Positions 39,485-48,672 of a stretch of DNA of 64,000 nt are shown here, piece after piece. Position 1 is the first letter of the stretch, and each line of letters opens with the position of its first letter. The notes below the pieces were generated by a model, which saw only the letters and a program-made list of their open reading frames with translations, did no database searches and was not told the DNA's origin. Origin of the DNA: Candidatus Hodarchaeota archaeon (GTDB lineage: Archaea; Asgardarchaeota; Lokiarchaeia; Sigyniarchaeales; SOKP01); NCBI GenBank assembly GCA_048886685.1, contig JBHLKM010000005.1:10958-74957 (forward strand), read 5' to 3'. The position numbers and the translations under genes were made by a program.

Positions 39485-40351
39485 ATGAATGATAAAATAT
39501 TAGACGGAAAAGCCCTTGCAGAAAAACTAAATTTAATTCTAAAAGATAAAATCAGTGAAGCAGTAGATAGAACCGGTATTAAACCTAAATTAGTTACTAT
39601 ATTACTTGGAGACGATCCTGCATCAAAAGTCTATTTGAATATGAAAAAAAGAACCAGTGCTTTTCTAGGTATTGAATCTGAAATTTTAGAATTGGATGAA
39701 TATAGCTCAAAAGAGATATTTGCTGAAGAAATCAAAAAACTTAACACAAATGATAGTGTCCATGGAATATTACTACAGTTACCTCTTCCACAATCCCAAG
39801 TTTCTAATACACTAGAATATATTGAATTTATATCACCAAAAAAAGATGTAGATGGATTAACTCCATTAAATAAAGGTAAACTTTATGATTATAACGAAAA
39901 CTTAGCGCCTTGCACTCCTACAGGAATCATTACATTACTTGAATATTATAATATTGACTTAAAAGGAAAAGAAGTAGTGATCATTAATCGATCGAATCTT
40001 GTCGGTAAGCCATTAATATTTATGATGCTTAAACGGAATGCTACTGTTTCAGTTTGTCATACATCCACAATTAATATTGAGAACCATATGAGAAGAGCAG
40101 ATATCTTAGTAGTAGCTGTAAGGCAACCAAATTTTATAACTAAAGAAAAAATAAAAAAGGGCGCAATAATAATTGACGTTGGCATAAATAGGGTCAATGG
40201 AAAATTATGTGGAGATGTAAATTTTGAAGATGTGTATGAAAAAAGTGGGAAAATTACTCCTTCTCCTGGAGGTATCGGACCACTAACAGTTCATTTTTTA
40301 CTCCAAAATACTTTTACAGCATATAAAAATCAATTAGGTATTAATTTCTGA
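39485..40351 (+). CDS. folD: Methylene-THF dehydrogenase/cyclohydrolase
   Basis: ILDGK, GILLQLPLP, KDVDG, PCTP, RSNLVGKP, DVGINR, PGGIGP. Confidence 0.96.
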   Translation: MNDKILDGKALAEKLNLILKDKISEAVDRTGIKPKLVTILLGDDPASKVYLNMKKRTSAFLGIESEILELDEYSSKEIFAEEIKKLNTNDSVHGILLQLPLPQSQVSNTLEYIEFISPKKDVDGLTPLNKGKLYDYNENLAPCTPTGIITLLEYYNIDLKGKEVVIINRSNLVGKPLIFMMLKRNATVSVCHTSTINIENHMRRADILVVAVRQPNFITKEKIKKGAIIIDVGINRVNGKLCGDVNFEDVYEKSGKITPSPGGIGPLTVHFLLQNTFTAYKNQLGINF

Positions 40352-40517
40352 CTATAATATAATTCTCAAATATTCTTTTATAAAGCTAAAAACAATTAAA
40401 ATTATATTTAATTGTAGCTTTAAAAAAAGATAGTAATAAAAACTTTCATTATTACTATAAAACAAAATAACGAGCATTGATAATATCTTAGAATTAGAAA
40501 AAAGTTCCTTATAAATA

Positions 40518-40973
40518 ATGGCAATATTAGAAGTTGGAATCAATATTGGAATGAAAAACTTAATTGAAATTAAGTATTATACATCTTCGGATAACGTCTT
40601 AGATCCAAATTTGCGTGCTGGATTTTTAACAGCATTAGAAAGTTTTACAAGCGAAGTTTTTGGTGATGATATTAATGTAATTTCTCTTGCAAGTTTTAAA
40701 TTAGTCTGCTGCTGTGAAATGATACAAATGCCCAGCAATGATGTTGAAAATAAGCAACCGTTATTGTCATTTGCCATTATTGAAAAAGGAACAGAAGTTC
40801 CGGTAGTTAAAGAACAATTAAACGAAATCGTTATTTATTTTCTAAACCGCTACTCACTGAATGATATATTTTCCAAAAAACCAAAATATTTTAAAGATTT
40901 TGAAACTCGTATAAATGAGATCTTAGGGGATCTAAAATTAAAAACAGAAGATCGTTTTAGATCTATATTCTAA
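40518..40973 (+). CDS. Longin/sedlin-like small domain protein
   Basis: DPNLRAGFLTALESFTSEVF helix in a beta-beta-alpha-beta3-alpha-alpha pattern typical of Asgard longin-like domains. Confidence 0.6.
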   Translation: MAILEVGINIGMKNLIEIKYYTSSDNVLDPNLRAGFLTALESFTSEVFGDDINVISLASFKLVCCCEMIQMPSNDVENKQPLLSFAIIEKGTEVPVVKEQLNEIVIYFLNRYSLNDIFSKKPKYFKDFETRINEILGDLKLKTEDRFRSIF

Positions 40974-40997
40974 AATTAAATTTACAGGGATTAATTT

Positions 40998-42194
40998 TTG
41001 AGTTCAAATATTGGAGCCGCAGCTAAAATTAAGTACCAAGAGTATTTAGATGCGGGGTCTTTAGAGCTAAAAATAAAATTGTTGGAGGAATTCATTTCTT
41101 TAGTTCCTAAACATAAAGGAACAGAGAAGATTATCGCGCTAAATAGATCACGTCTTGCTAAGATGAAACGCGAGCTTGAAGACCGAAAACAACGACAAAA
41201 GATAACTCAAAAAGTTATTAGCCCTTTTTCAATTAAAAAAGAAGGAATTCAAATAATACTGATTAGTGCCTATTATACACCAGGGGTCGGTAAATCTTCC
41301 CTTTTAAATTTTTTAACTGGTGCTGCTGAAGAAAAAATTGGCAAATTTACCGCGCTTCCTGAAATAGGAATCTATAATTACAATAATATTCGATTTCAAA
41401 TAGTCGAAATGCCTTCTATCATGAGGGGAGCGTCAGAGGGGATAGGAAACGGGAAAGAAATATTATCCCAACTTAGATCTTGCGATTTGATTTGTATATG
41501 TGTAGATCTTTCAAGGAATGTTGAAGAACAAATGAGTGTACTTATAGAGGAATTATCTAAAGCTGAAATCAGAATAAATATACCTCCACCTCCTCTTAAT
41601 ATCCAAAAAACAGGTTCTAATAAAATTCAAGTCTTATATTTGACAAAGGAAGCCAAAAATGTCGAGGATATTGAAGATTTTACAGAAAAGATTAAAGAAA
41701 TTATCCAGGAAAATGGGATAAGAAATGCTATAGTAAAAATTTATGGTGTCATAACTTTTGACGATATTATAGATGTTTTGACTCCTTCTGTTGTATATAA
41801 AAGAGCTATGATTATTGCAACGAAAGGAGATCTCCCACACACCGAAGAAAAATTCGAGAAATTAAAATGGAAATATTCTGATAAGTTTTCAAAAATAATA
41901 GGAACTAGTGTACATAAAAAAACCATTCCTCAAGATTTTGGTGAAATAGTTCTAAAATACTTAAAGAAAATACGCATATATACCATGAGCTCTAGTGGAG
42001 ATATAGCAGAGAAGCCAATAATTATGGAGGAAAATTCGACTATTAAAGATGCTGCTATTAAAATACATAAAAGCTTTTATGAATCCTTTGATCATGCAAT
42101 AGTTATACGGGAAAGCGCTCGTCAAAAACGTAAGAAAGTTGGGCTAGATTACGTTCTATTTGATAATGATATAATTGAAATCTTTACAATGTAA
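40998..42194 (+). CDS. DRG/OBG-family GTP-binding protein with TGS domain and degenerate G motifs
   Basis: PKHKGTEK N-terminus, PGVGKSS, GASEGIGNG, TKGD, C-terminal AIKIH..KVGLDYVL.D.DIIEI. Confidence 0.88.
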   Translation: MSSNIGAAAKIKYQEYLDAGSLELKIKLLEEFISLVPKHKGTEKIIALNRSRLAKMKRELEDRKQRQKITQKVISPFSIKKEGIQIILISAYYTPGVGKSSLLNFLTGAAEEKIGKFTALPEIGIYNYNNIRFQIVEMPSIMRGASEGIGNGKEILSQLRSCDLICICVDLSRNVEEQMSVLIEELSKAEIRINIPPPPLNIQKTGSNKIQVLYLTKEAKNVEDIEDFTEKIKEIIQENGIRNAIVKIYGVITFDDIIDVLTPSVVYKRAMIIATKGDLPHTEEKFEKLKWKYSDKFSKIIGTSVHKKTIPQDFGEIVLKYLKKIRIYTMSSSGDIAEKPIIMEENSTIKDAAIKIHKSFYESFDHAIVIRESARQKRKKVGLDYVLFDNDIIEIFTM

Positions 42195-42221
42195 TTTTAA
42201 ATGTTTTATAGGGATAAGTAT

Positions 42222-44891
42222 TTAATATTTTATCTGTTCGATTAAATTAGGAATCTCCCGTATTTCAATTTCATATTGAGGATCTAAATCAAATATCCCC
42301 TCTAAAATGTTTTTTATACTCTCTAAACTATAGATTAAGTTTTCTAAATATCCGATCATATCCCCCTTGTGAATTATAATTTTATATTCTTCACTAAAAT
42401 AATTACATATTTCCTCTATTGTTAATCTATGTTTTATTCTCAAGTTTAATATCATTTTTTCTAGGTTTAATCGTCCACAATCGCAGTATGGTGAATCTTT
42501 ACAACTACAATTAAAAATATCACTTACCCATTTCGATATGAATTCTACAAATTCTTTTGAAAATGTTTTTCTTTTTCGTACATAATCTGCATTCATTAGG
42601 GAAAGGACGCTACCACTAAATAGATTATTACTAAGATATCTCATATTCACATTTTTAGCTAAATCTGCTACAATTCCTTTAGATAAGTATAAGTTTTTAA
42701 TAGGTTTAAGGTCTAGAGCTATAGAAATTACAGATTTCTTCTTATTCTTTAAAATAGCTGCAATTTCTAAACACTGTTCGACTGATAAGAATGATTTTGC
42801 TATAGCTTGCCCTAAATGAGTGGATTTATAGACAAAATTTTCTCTTATTCTTATAAGTCCCATCTGGTTTAGTTTTCTTAAAAATAAATCTAATTCATAG
42901 CTGGCATTAATTAAAAGGTCGAAAAATTCATAGATAACTTCTTTCTCAATACCCTGAGTAAACATAGATATAAAGGCTAATAATTCAGTTAGACTTTTAC
43001 TTTCATTAGGGAGCAATTCGAAATCCTTAATTTTACCATTTAATAACTTGATAGCTATTTCTTCTTCAGTTTCTTTCATTTTTGGTGAATAAACCTTACC
43101 AGGCTCAACTAATAAATATGCATAACCTAAGTCATGTTTTTTTAATCTTCCACTTCGTCCAATCATCTGTTCGAATTCTGCAACTGTTAACCATTTTATA
43201 CCCATGGCTAATGATTCAAAAATTACTTGACTTGCTGGAAGATCTACACCCGCTGCTAATGCAGCAGTCGCGACTACCCCAGCAATCCTTTGAGATCGAA
43301 AATCCTCTTCAATTTCTTTTCGCTCTTCGTTAGTTAAACCAGAATGGTATGATGATACATTTACTCCTCTTTCTTGTAGATAAGCCGTGATTGATTCACA
43401 TTTTTTCCTAGTATTAGTAAAAATTATCGATTGACCTTTAAAACCATATTTAGATTTTTTATTGTATGCTGCTTTAACCAATTTTGTAATCTGTTTGTGT
43501 TTTTGAACTTGATTAAAGCAAAGTAGTAGATGTCTCTCAACAGGGACAGGTCTGTTATTATACATAATCAATGTGCAATCTAGTTTATCAGCTAATATTT
43601 TTGGTTCTCCTAACGTTGCACTTAAATATAAAAATTGAGCTCCATTATAAAGCAACTTCAAACGAGTAATGAAACCATCCAACAGATATCCCCTATCTGT
43701 ATCAATCAAAGTCTGAATTTCATCGACAATAATCGTACCTATATTTCCTAGGAGAGACTTTTTGCCACTTCTTAAAATATAATCTATTGCTTCATATGTA
43801 GCTATAATTATATCTGCATCGATCAACTCTTCTTGGACATTATCTTCAGTTTTTCCAAACAAGGATTCGCCTACCTTTTTAATTATTTTTAAATTTAAGG
43901 ATTTATATTTTTCTTTGAATTCTTCGGTTCTTAAATTAGCTAAAGCAACAATTGGGACTAGATAAAGCATTTTTGCATTTTTCGTTTCTAAAACTTTTGA
44001 AATACCTGCTAATTCTCCTACTAGTGTCTTTCCTCCTGAAGTGGGAGCCATAATTAATTGATTTGAATGTCTGCTAATTAAACCTTTCTCAATAGATAAG
44101 GCTTGAATTGGTAATAAAAACTTAAGATCAGATTGCTTTAGTACTGCTCTAAATAGCTTTGGGATTTCTAAATCTTCAATTTTTTGATTTAGATACCTTT
44201 TACTAATAGGAGATCTTTTTTCTATGTCATAAAGGGTAATGTCTCTATTAGTTATAGGATTAAAATCTGCTTGAAAAGCACTTAGTACTTTTTTTACATC
44301 TCGGAATTTTAAAATTATATGGGTAAAAAAATTTTTCAATTTTGTATTAATTCGATCTTGATTGATTAGACCTCTAAGTTTTGCTTCTCTAAAAATGATC
44401 TCATATGCACATTCAGAGCATATAATCTGATTATTAAAGGTTTTTATTTGAGATTTTTCGTTTAATATAGTAAATTTCTGAGTATTTAAGCAAGATTTGC
44501 AAAATGTTAAGCGCTTTATTTTGGTTTTATTAATTTGGAAATTTTTAAGCATTTCATCTATAGAAGCAAATCTTTCAAGAGAAGATTGGCTTGGAAATGC
44601 AATAAATCTATTATTATTAGAAACCAAAAATTTTTTGAAAAGTTGAGGATTAATTGGATTTACATTTCCATCTTTTTCAATCTTATTAAGACTTAAAGGA
44701 CGAATTCGATTTTTAAAATCTAATCCAAAGAGAACTGTACCCTTAAAAAAAGGTTCATTAATATATGAAAATTTGAAATCTTTTTCTTTATACTTTTTCA
44801 AATAAAAGAAATTGACATCAAAAATCAGATCCTTCTTAGATTTATCTTTTCGATCTAAAACTATAAAAAAATCTCTTGAAGGTATACTCAA
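42222..44891 (-). CDS. Archaeal Ski2-like SF2 helicase (ASH-Ski2/DUF5814 type)
   Basis: PTSGGKT, DEIQ, LSAT, YHSGL, ALAAGVDLPA, QMIGRSGR; N-terminal CxxC..CxxC and C-terminal CSC..PYCDCG. Confidence 0.92.
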   Translation of the reverse strand: MSIPSRDFFIVLDRKDKSKKDLIFDVNFFYLKKYKEKDFKFSYINEPFFKGTVLFGLDFKNRIRPLSLNKIEKDGNVNPINPQLFKKFLVSNNNRFIAFPSQSSLERFASIDEMLKNFQINKTKIKRLTFCKSCLNTQKFTILNEKSQIKTFNNQIICSECAYEIIFREAKLRGLINQDRINTKLKNFFTHIILKFRDVKKVLSAFQADFNPITNRDITLYDIEKRSPISKRYLNQKIEDLEIPKLFRAVLKQSDLKFLLPIQALSIEKGLISRHSNQLIMAPTSGGKTLVGELAGISKVLETKNAKMLYLVPIVALANLRTEEFKEKYKSLNLKIIKKVGESLFGKTEDNVQEELIDADIIIATYEAIDYILRSGKKSLLGNIGTIIVDEIQTLIDTDRGYLLDGFITRLKLLYNGAQFLYLSATLGEPKILADKLDCTLIMYNNRPVPVERHLLLCFNQVQKHKQITKLVKAAYNKKSKYGFKGQSIIFTNTRKKCESITAYLQERGVNVSSYHSGLTNEERKEIEEDFRSQRIAGVVATAALAAGVDLPASQVIFESLAMGIKWLTVAEFEQMIGRSGRLKKHDLGYAYLLVEPGKVYSPKMKETEEEIAIKLLNGKIKDFELLPNESKSLTELLAFISMFTQGIEKEVIYEFFDLLINASYELDLFLRKLNQMGLIRIRENFVYKSTHLGQAIAKSFLSVEQCLEIAAILKNKKKSVISIALDLKPIKNLYLSKGIVADLAKNVNMRYLSNNLFSGSVLSLMNADYVRKRKTFSKEFVEFISKWVSDIFNCSCKDSPYCDCGRLNLEKMILNLRIKHRLTIEEICNYFSEEYKIIIHKGDMIGYLENLIYSLESIKNILEGIFDLDPQYEIEIREIPNLIEQIKY

Positions 44892-45009
44892 ATATGAGAC
44901 CTACTAAAATTTTAAATTATTAATTAAACAGAATCTAAAAAAACACTTCAATTTTACGATTTTCAATATAAAACTGAAATAAAATAAGTTATTAAAAAAG
45001 AATAGAAAT

Positions 45010-45171
45010 TTAAAAACCAAAAACTCGTTTGATTTTATCATAGACTTCTTTAATTTGTCTTAACTTTGCTTCATCTCCTTGATTTAAAAAGTGCTCAACC
45101 CATTGCCCAAAAGCACCGCCTTTAATCCATTCAAGGAAATATTCAACTGATTGGCGTTCCTCTGCAGACAT
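45010..45171 (-). CDS. Small 53-aa hypothetical protein (below track cutoff)
   Basis: MSAEERQSVEYFLEWIKGGAFGQWVEHFLNQGDEAKLRQIKEVYDKIKRVFGF; coding-like island within an AT-rich spacer. Confidence 0.7.
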   Translation of the reverse strand: MSAEERQSVEYFLEWIKGGAFGQWVEHFLNQGDEAKLRQIKEVYDKIKRVFGF

Positions 45172-45322
45172 TTTTAATTCGTTCTTTTTTCTAATTTAAG
45201 TTTTTATTTTTAATTTTCTTCTATATAAAATTATAAATTATTCTATTTTATATTTTTATAATTTTAATTCGAAAAAATAAATTTTTTGAAATTTTTAACA
45301 AATTTTAAGAGATGATTAAAAA

Positions 45323-46279
45323 TTGTCAGTAAGAATTAAAACACCAAATCTTGATGATATTTTTGAAAAATGGAAACAAAAAGCTTCAAGAACGGATCGT
45401 AAAAGAATGGAAAAAGAATTTGGAACTAAGGGCGCTGTTTTTTCATTGGATGCAATTAGTGCAGCTGAATATGTAAAGGATACTATGAAGGAAGCAGCAA
45501 TTTATTTTGCTGTTAAGAAGTCTCTTGGTCCAGCACCAAAAGGAAAGGAAGAAAATACAGTAACTGCACCAAGGGTAGGTAGAGAACAATTCTATTCATT
45601 TAAAGGGGCAGGGAAGATTAATAAGGAGAAATGGAAAGGAAACGAAATTGTTCCGCAGTTTGAATCGATTCAAGCAGTTTCCTGCAAAACATGCAGAGGA
45701 AAGGGATATATCGAAAATAAATGCAAGACCTGTAAAGGTACTGGAAAAATAGAAGAAACTTTTACTGTATTGGTTGGTGAAGAACAAAAGAAAGAAAAAA
45801 AGCCGTTTTCTTATCCATGTGGTGCTTGTTATGGGTCTGGAAATAGAACAGAACCGTGTAAAGAATGCAGTGGACATAAAAATCTATACAAATATGAGGA
45901 ACTCCCTGTTCCATTTCAAACTGTAGTTACAGGTGTTCCTGTATTACATAGTAGCGCTCAAACTAAGTATGAGAAAGAAATTGGAGATGATCTTCACAAG
46001 ATGATTGAAGATGTTGAAGGAATTAAATTCAGTAATTTTAAGGAGTTAGACTCCAAGGCAGAAGCATCATTAGGATATTGGAATAAAAATATTAAGAAAA
46101 CAATAGGCTCTGCCGGTACCGATTATAAATCTTATGAAAAAGATAAAGATGCTCAAATTACTACTCAAATCTATCTTTTCCCTATGATACAGATGTTTGC
46201 TGAAACAAAACGTGGTAAAAGTTTCGAAATCTACAGTCTTGGTTCAGGAACTAAATTTATGGTATATTCTAATTTCTAA
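45323..46279 (+). CDS. DnaJ-type CxxCxGxG zinc-finger protein without J domain (SSUH2-like)
   Basis: CKTCRGKG, CKTCKGTG, CGACYGSG, CKECSGHK; no HPD motif. Confidence 0.75.
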   Translation: MSVRIKTPNLDDIFEKWKQKASRTDRKRMEKEFGTKGAVFSLDAISAAEYVKDTMKEAAIYFAVKKSLGPAPKGKEENTVTAPRVGREQFYSFKGAGKINKEKWKGNEIVPQFESIQAVSCKTCRGKGYIENKCKTCKGTGKIEETFTVLVGEEQKKEKKPFSYPCGACYGSGNRTEPCKECSGHKNLYKYEELPVPFQTVVTGVPVLHSSAQTKYEKEIGDDLHKMIEDVEGIKFSNFKELDSKAEASLGYWNKNIKKTIGSAGTDYKSYEKDKDAQITTQIYLFPMIQMFAETKRGKSFEIYSLGSGTKFMVYSNF

Positions 46280-46414
46280 CTAATTTTTTTTAGCTTATTT
46301 GAGAAAAATCGTTTTTATTGCTTTTTCTATTAACATTTTAATCAAAAATTTTATATATAAGTTTGAACTTATACATAAAATGTAACTTATATATTAAATA
46401 AAAGGTTAAAAAAT

Positions 46415-47035
46415 ATGGCTACTGATGAGAAACCTGAAGAAAACTTATTCCAAAAAGAGTATAAAAATTTTAAAGGATATGCCCTACCTATAAATGCTTT
46501 AGTACTTTCGATGATTGCTATTTTTACGGCTTTATCTTTTGTGATAACATTTTGGATTCAGATTCCTATTCCAGCAACTGGAGGATACATTAATATTGGC
46601 GATACAGCTGTAATGTTTACGGCTCTTTTATTTGGACCCATCATAGGTGGTATTGCAGGAGGCGTCGGACCAATGTTAGCGGATATCTTCTCGGGCGCTT
46701 ATATCATTTATGCTCCTGCTACATTGGTTATTAAGGGTATTGAAGGATTTTTAATCGGCTTAATTGCCAATCCAAAAGAATGTGAAGTTAGGATTTCTAC
46801 AGTTGATATGGTTGGTGTACTTACTGGAGGATTTTTAATACCTGTGGGTTATTTTATTTATGAGGCATTTATACTTGGTTTAGGAACTTCAGCTTTTGCA
46901 GAGATACCAGGGAACTGCTTTCAGTTCATATTTGCGGCAGCAGCCTCATTACTACTTACGGCTGCCTCAAGAAGGAATATAATCGATGGTTTACCACAGG
47001 TTTTTGATAAAGTATTTATTAGTAAATCTCAATAA
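46415..47035 (+). CDS. ECF transporter S component
   Basis: IPIPATGGYINIGD, LLFGP..G..AGGVG..LADI, APATLVIKG. Confidence 0.9.
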   Translation: MATDEKPEENLFQKEYKNFKGYALPINALVLSMIAIFTALSFVITFWIQIPIPATGGYINIGDTAVMFTALLFGPIIGGIAGGVGPMLADIFSGAYIIYAPATLVIKGIEGFLIGLIANPKECEVRISTVDMVGVLTGGFLIPVGYFIYEAFILGLGTSAFAEIPGNCFQFIFAAAASLLLTAASRRNIIDGLPQVFDKVFISKSQ

Positions 47036-47040
47036 AGTAT

Positions 47041-48471
47041 TCATAACAATGTAATTAGAACATCTAAAGCATCCAAAACTTTTTTTCCACTATCGGTAAT
47101 TAAGTATAAAACATTTTTCCCTTCTTTTTTTCGAGAGATTAGACCTTTTGCTTCTAAATCTTTAAGATGTTGATATATTGCTGGTAATTTCACATAATCA
47201 ATTATTTCATTAAGATTAGTTCCTGATATTCCTCTAATACTTGATAATGAAATTTGGGACAATATTTTTAATTTAGTAATTATGATTGACCCTTTTCCAG
47301 CAGTTTTCGTCTGTGAAGAGATAGCTTCTAATATATAGGGTGCTTTTAAACCACTACCGGTTATAAGACAAACAATATTATCATTTGGATCAAAAATATT
47401 TTTTTGTTGTAATGATTCTACTGCTGCTAGAGTCAAAGCAGATGCAGGTTCAGCAAAAATGCCCTCATTTCTTATAAGTTTATCAACTGAATCTAAAATT
47501 GATTCTTCAGGAACCGCTATAACTGTTCCGTCAGTTTCTCTAATACTTTTAATAGCTAACTCGATATATAAAGGTTTTTTTACTAAAATCCCTAATGCAA
47601 GAGACTTGGTTATTTTTTGATTAATTGCTTTATCTTTCTTTAAAAATTCGTTAACGATAGGGGATAGAACTTGAGATTGCACCCCGACCAACTTAGGAAA
47701 ATTATCAATAAGACCTACTTTTTTAAGTTCATAAAATCCTTTCCATAGGCTTACTAGTAATTCCCCACTCCCCATAGGAATTATTATCCAATCCAACTTT
47801 TTCATCCGTTTTACAACTTCATAAGCAATGGTTTTTTGAGCTTCTAGTGTAAGTGGATTCAATTCTGGTGTACACTGATAATAATCTTCAAATTTTTTAT
47901 GTTCTAAAACATAATCAATTGCTTCATCTACAGTTTCGCCAATAATTTTTAAGTTAGAATTATAGGCAATCATTTGGGCTTTTTTCCCTAAATCGATTTC
48001 TTTTGGAATGATATTTAAACATTTCATATCTTTAAGGGAGGCATAAGCAGATATTGAAGCTCCTTGATTTCCATTCGAAGCGCAAATTGTTTTTTTATAA
48101 TCCCATGTATTTGCATGAGAAATTAACAATGTAGCAGCGCGGTCTTTAAAAGAGTTAGTTGGATTTTGAGTTTCATCTTTAAAAAACAACTTTTTTATTC
48201 CTAAATTTTCCCCAATTTCTTTTGAAATTATACAAGGAGTTCCCCCTTCTCCCAATGAAATGATAAAATGATTTTCTATTAAAGGAAATGCAAATTTATA
48301 ATCCCAAAATTTATAGTTGCCTTTAATTTGTGAGAATTTCTTTTTAAAACCTTCTAAGTTTTGCTCAAACCATAATAATCCTTTACATTCAGGACACTTA
48401 TGTTGAATAGAGGTAATTTCATACTTTTTTTCACAATTGATACAAGTTAAAGTTAGTGGTTTTTTAATAAT
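47041..48471 (-). CDS. thrC: Threonine synthase-like PLP enzyme with N-terminal zinc ribbon and C-terminal winged-helix domain
   Basis: LGEGGTP, NPTNSFKDR (PLP Lys), EGIFAEPASA, TGSGLK. The frame extends upstream of the TTG at 48255 through LTCINC..KCPECKG..FWDY to an ATT at 48471/48468. C-terminal IYQHLKDLEAKGLI..YLITDSG. Confidence 0.85.
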   Translation of the reverse strand: MIKKPLTLTCINCEKKYEITSIQHKCPECKGLLWFEQNLEGFKKKFSQIKGNYKFWDYKFAFPLIENHFIISLGEGGTPCIISKEIGENLGIKKLFFKDETQNPTNSFKDRAATLLISHANTWDYKKTICASNGNQGASISAYASLKDMKCLNIIPKEIDLGKKAQMIAYNSNLKIIGETVDEAIDYVLEHKKFEDYYQCTPELNPLTLEAQKTIAYEVVKRMKKLDWIIIPMGSGELLVSLWKGFYELKKVGLIDNFPKLVGVQSQVLSPIVNEFLKKDKAINQKITKSLALGILVKKPLYIELAIKSIRETDGTVIAVPEESILDSVDKLIRNEGIFAEPASALTLAAVESLQQKNIFDPNDNIVCLITGSGLKAPYILEAISSQTKTAGKGSIIITKLKILSQISLSSIRGISGTNLNEIIDYVKLPAIYQHLKDLEAKGLISRKKEGKNVLYLITDSGKKVLDALDVLITLL

Positions 48472-48592
48472 GAAATAACCTTGAAGATAGAATTTATTAT
48501 TGATTTATTAATTAATTGGTTTTTCTTATTATTAAGTCCTTTTAACAAACTTTCTTTTTTTGAGATAGAAAATGGTAGAAAATGATATGATT

Positions 48593-48616
48593 AAATTTAC
48601 GAAACATCGTAAATTT
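48593..48616. promoter_or_regulatory. Perfect inverted repeat, candidate DtxR/MntR operator
   Basis: AAATTTACGA-AACA-TCGTAAATTT abutting a TTTATA box upstream of the ZIP-DtxR operon. Confidence 0.65.
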
Positions 48617-48672
48617 TATATTATTAATAATCCTAAATAAAACAATTCGAAATAATATAGAAGTGATGAAAT

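Noticed and set aside
47041-48471. ThrC-like gene as the cysteate synthase partnering comDE
   Set aside because: It is 33 kb away and I cannot see cysteate-synthase-specific features; unsupported without phylogeny
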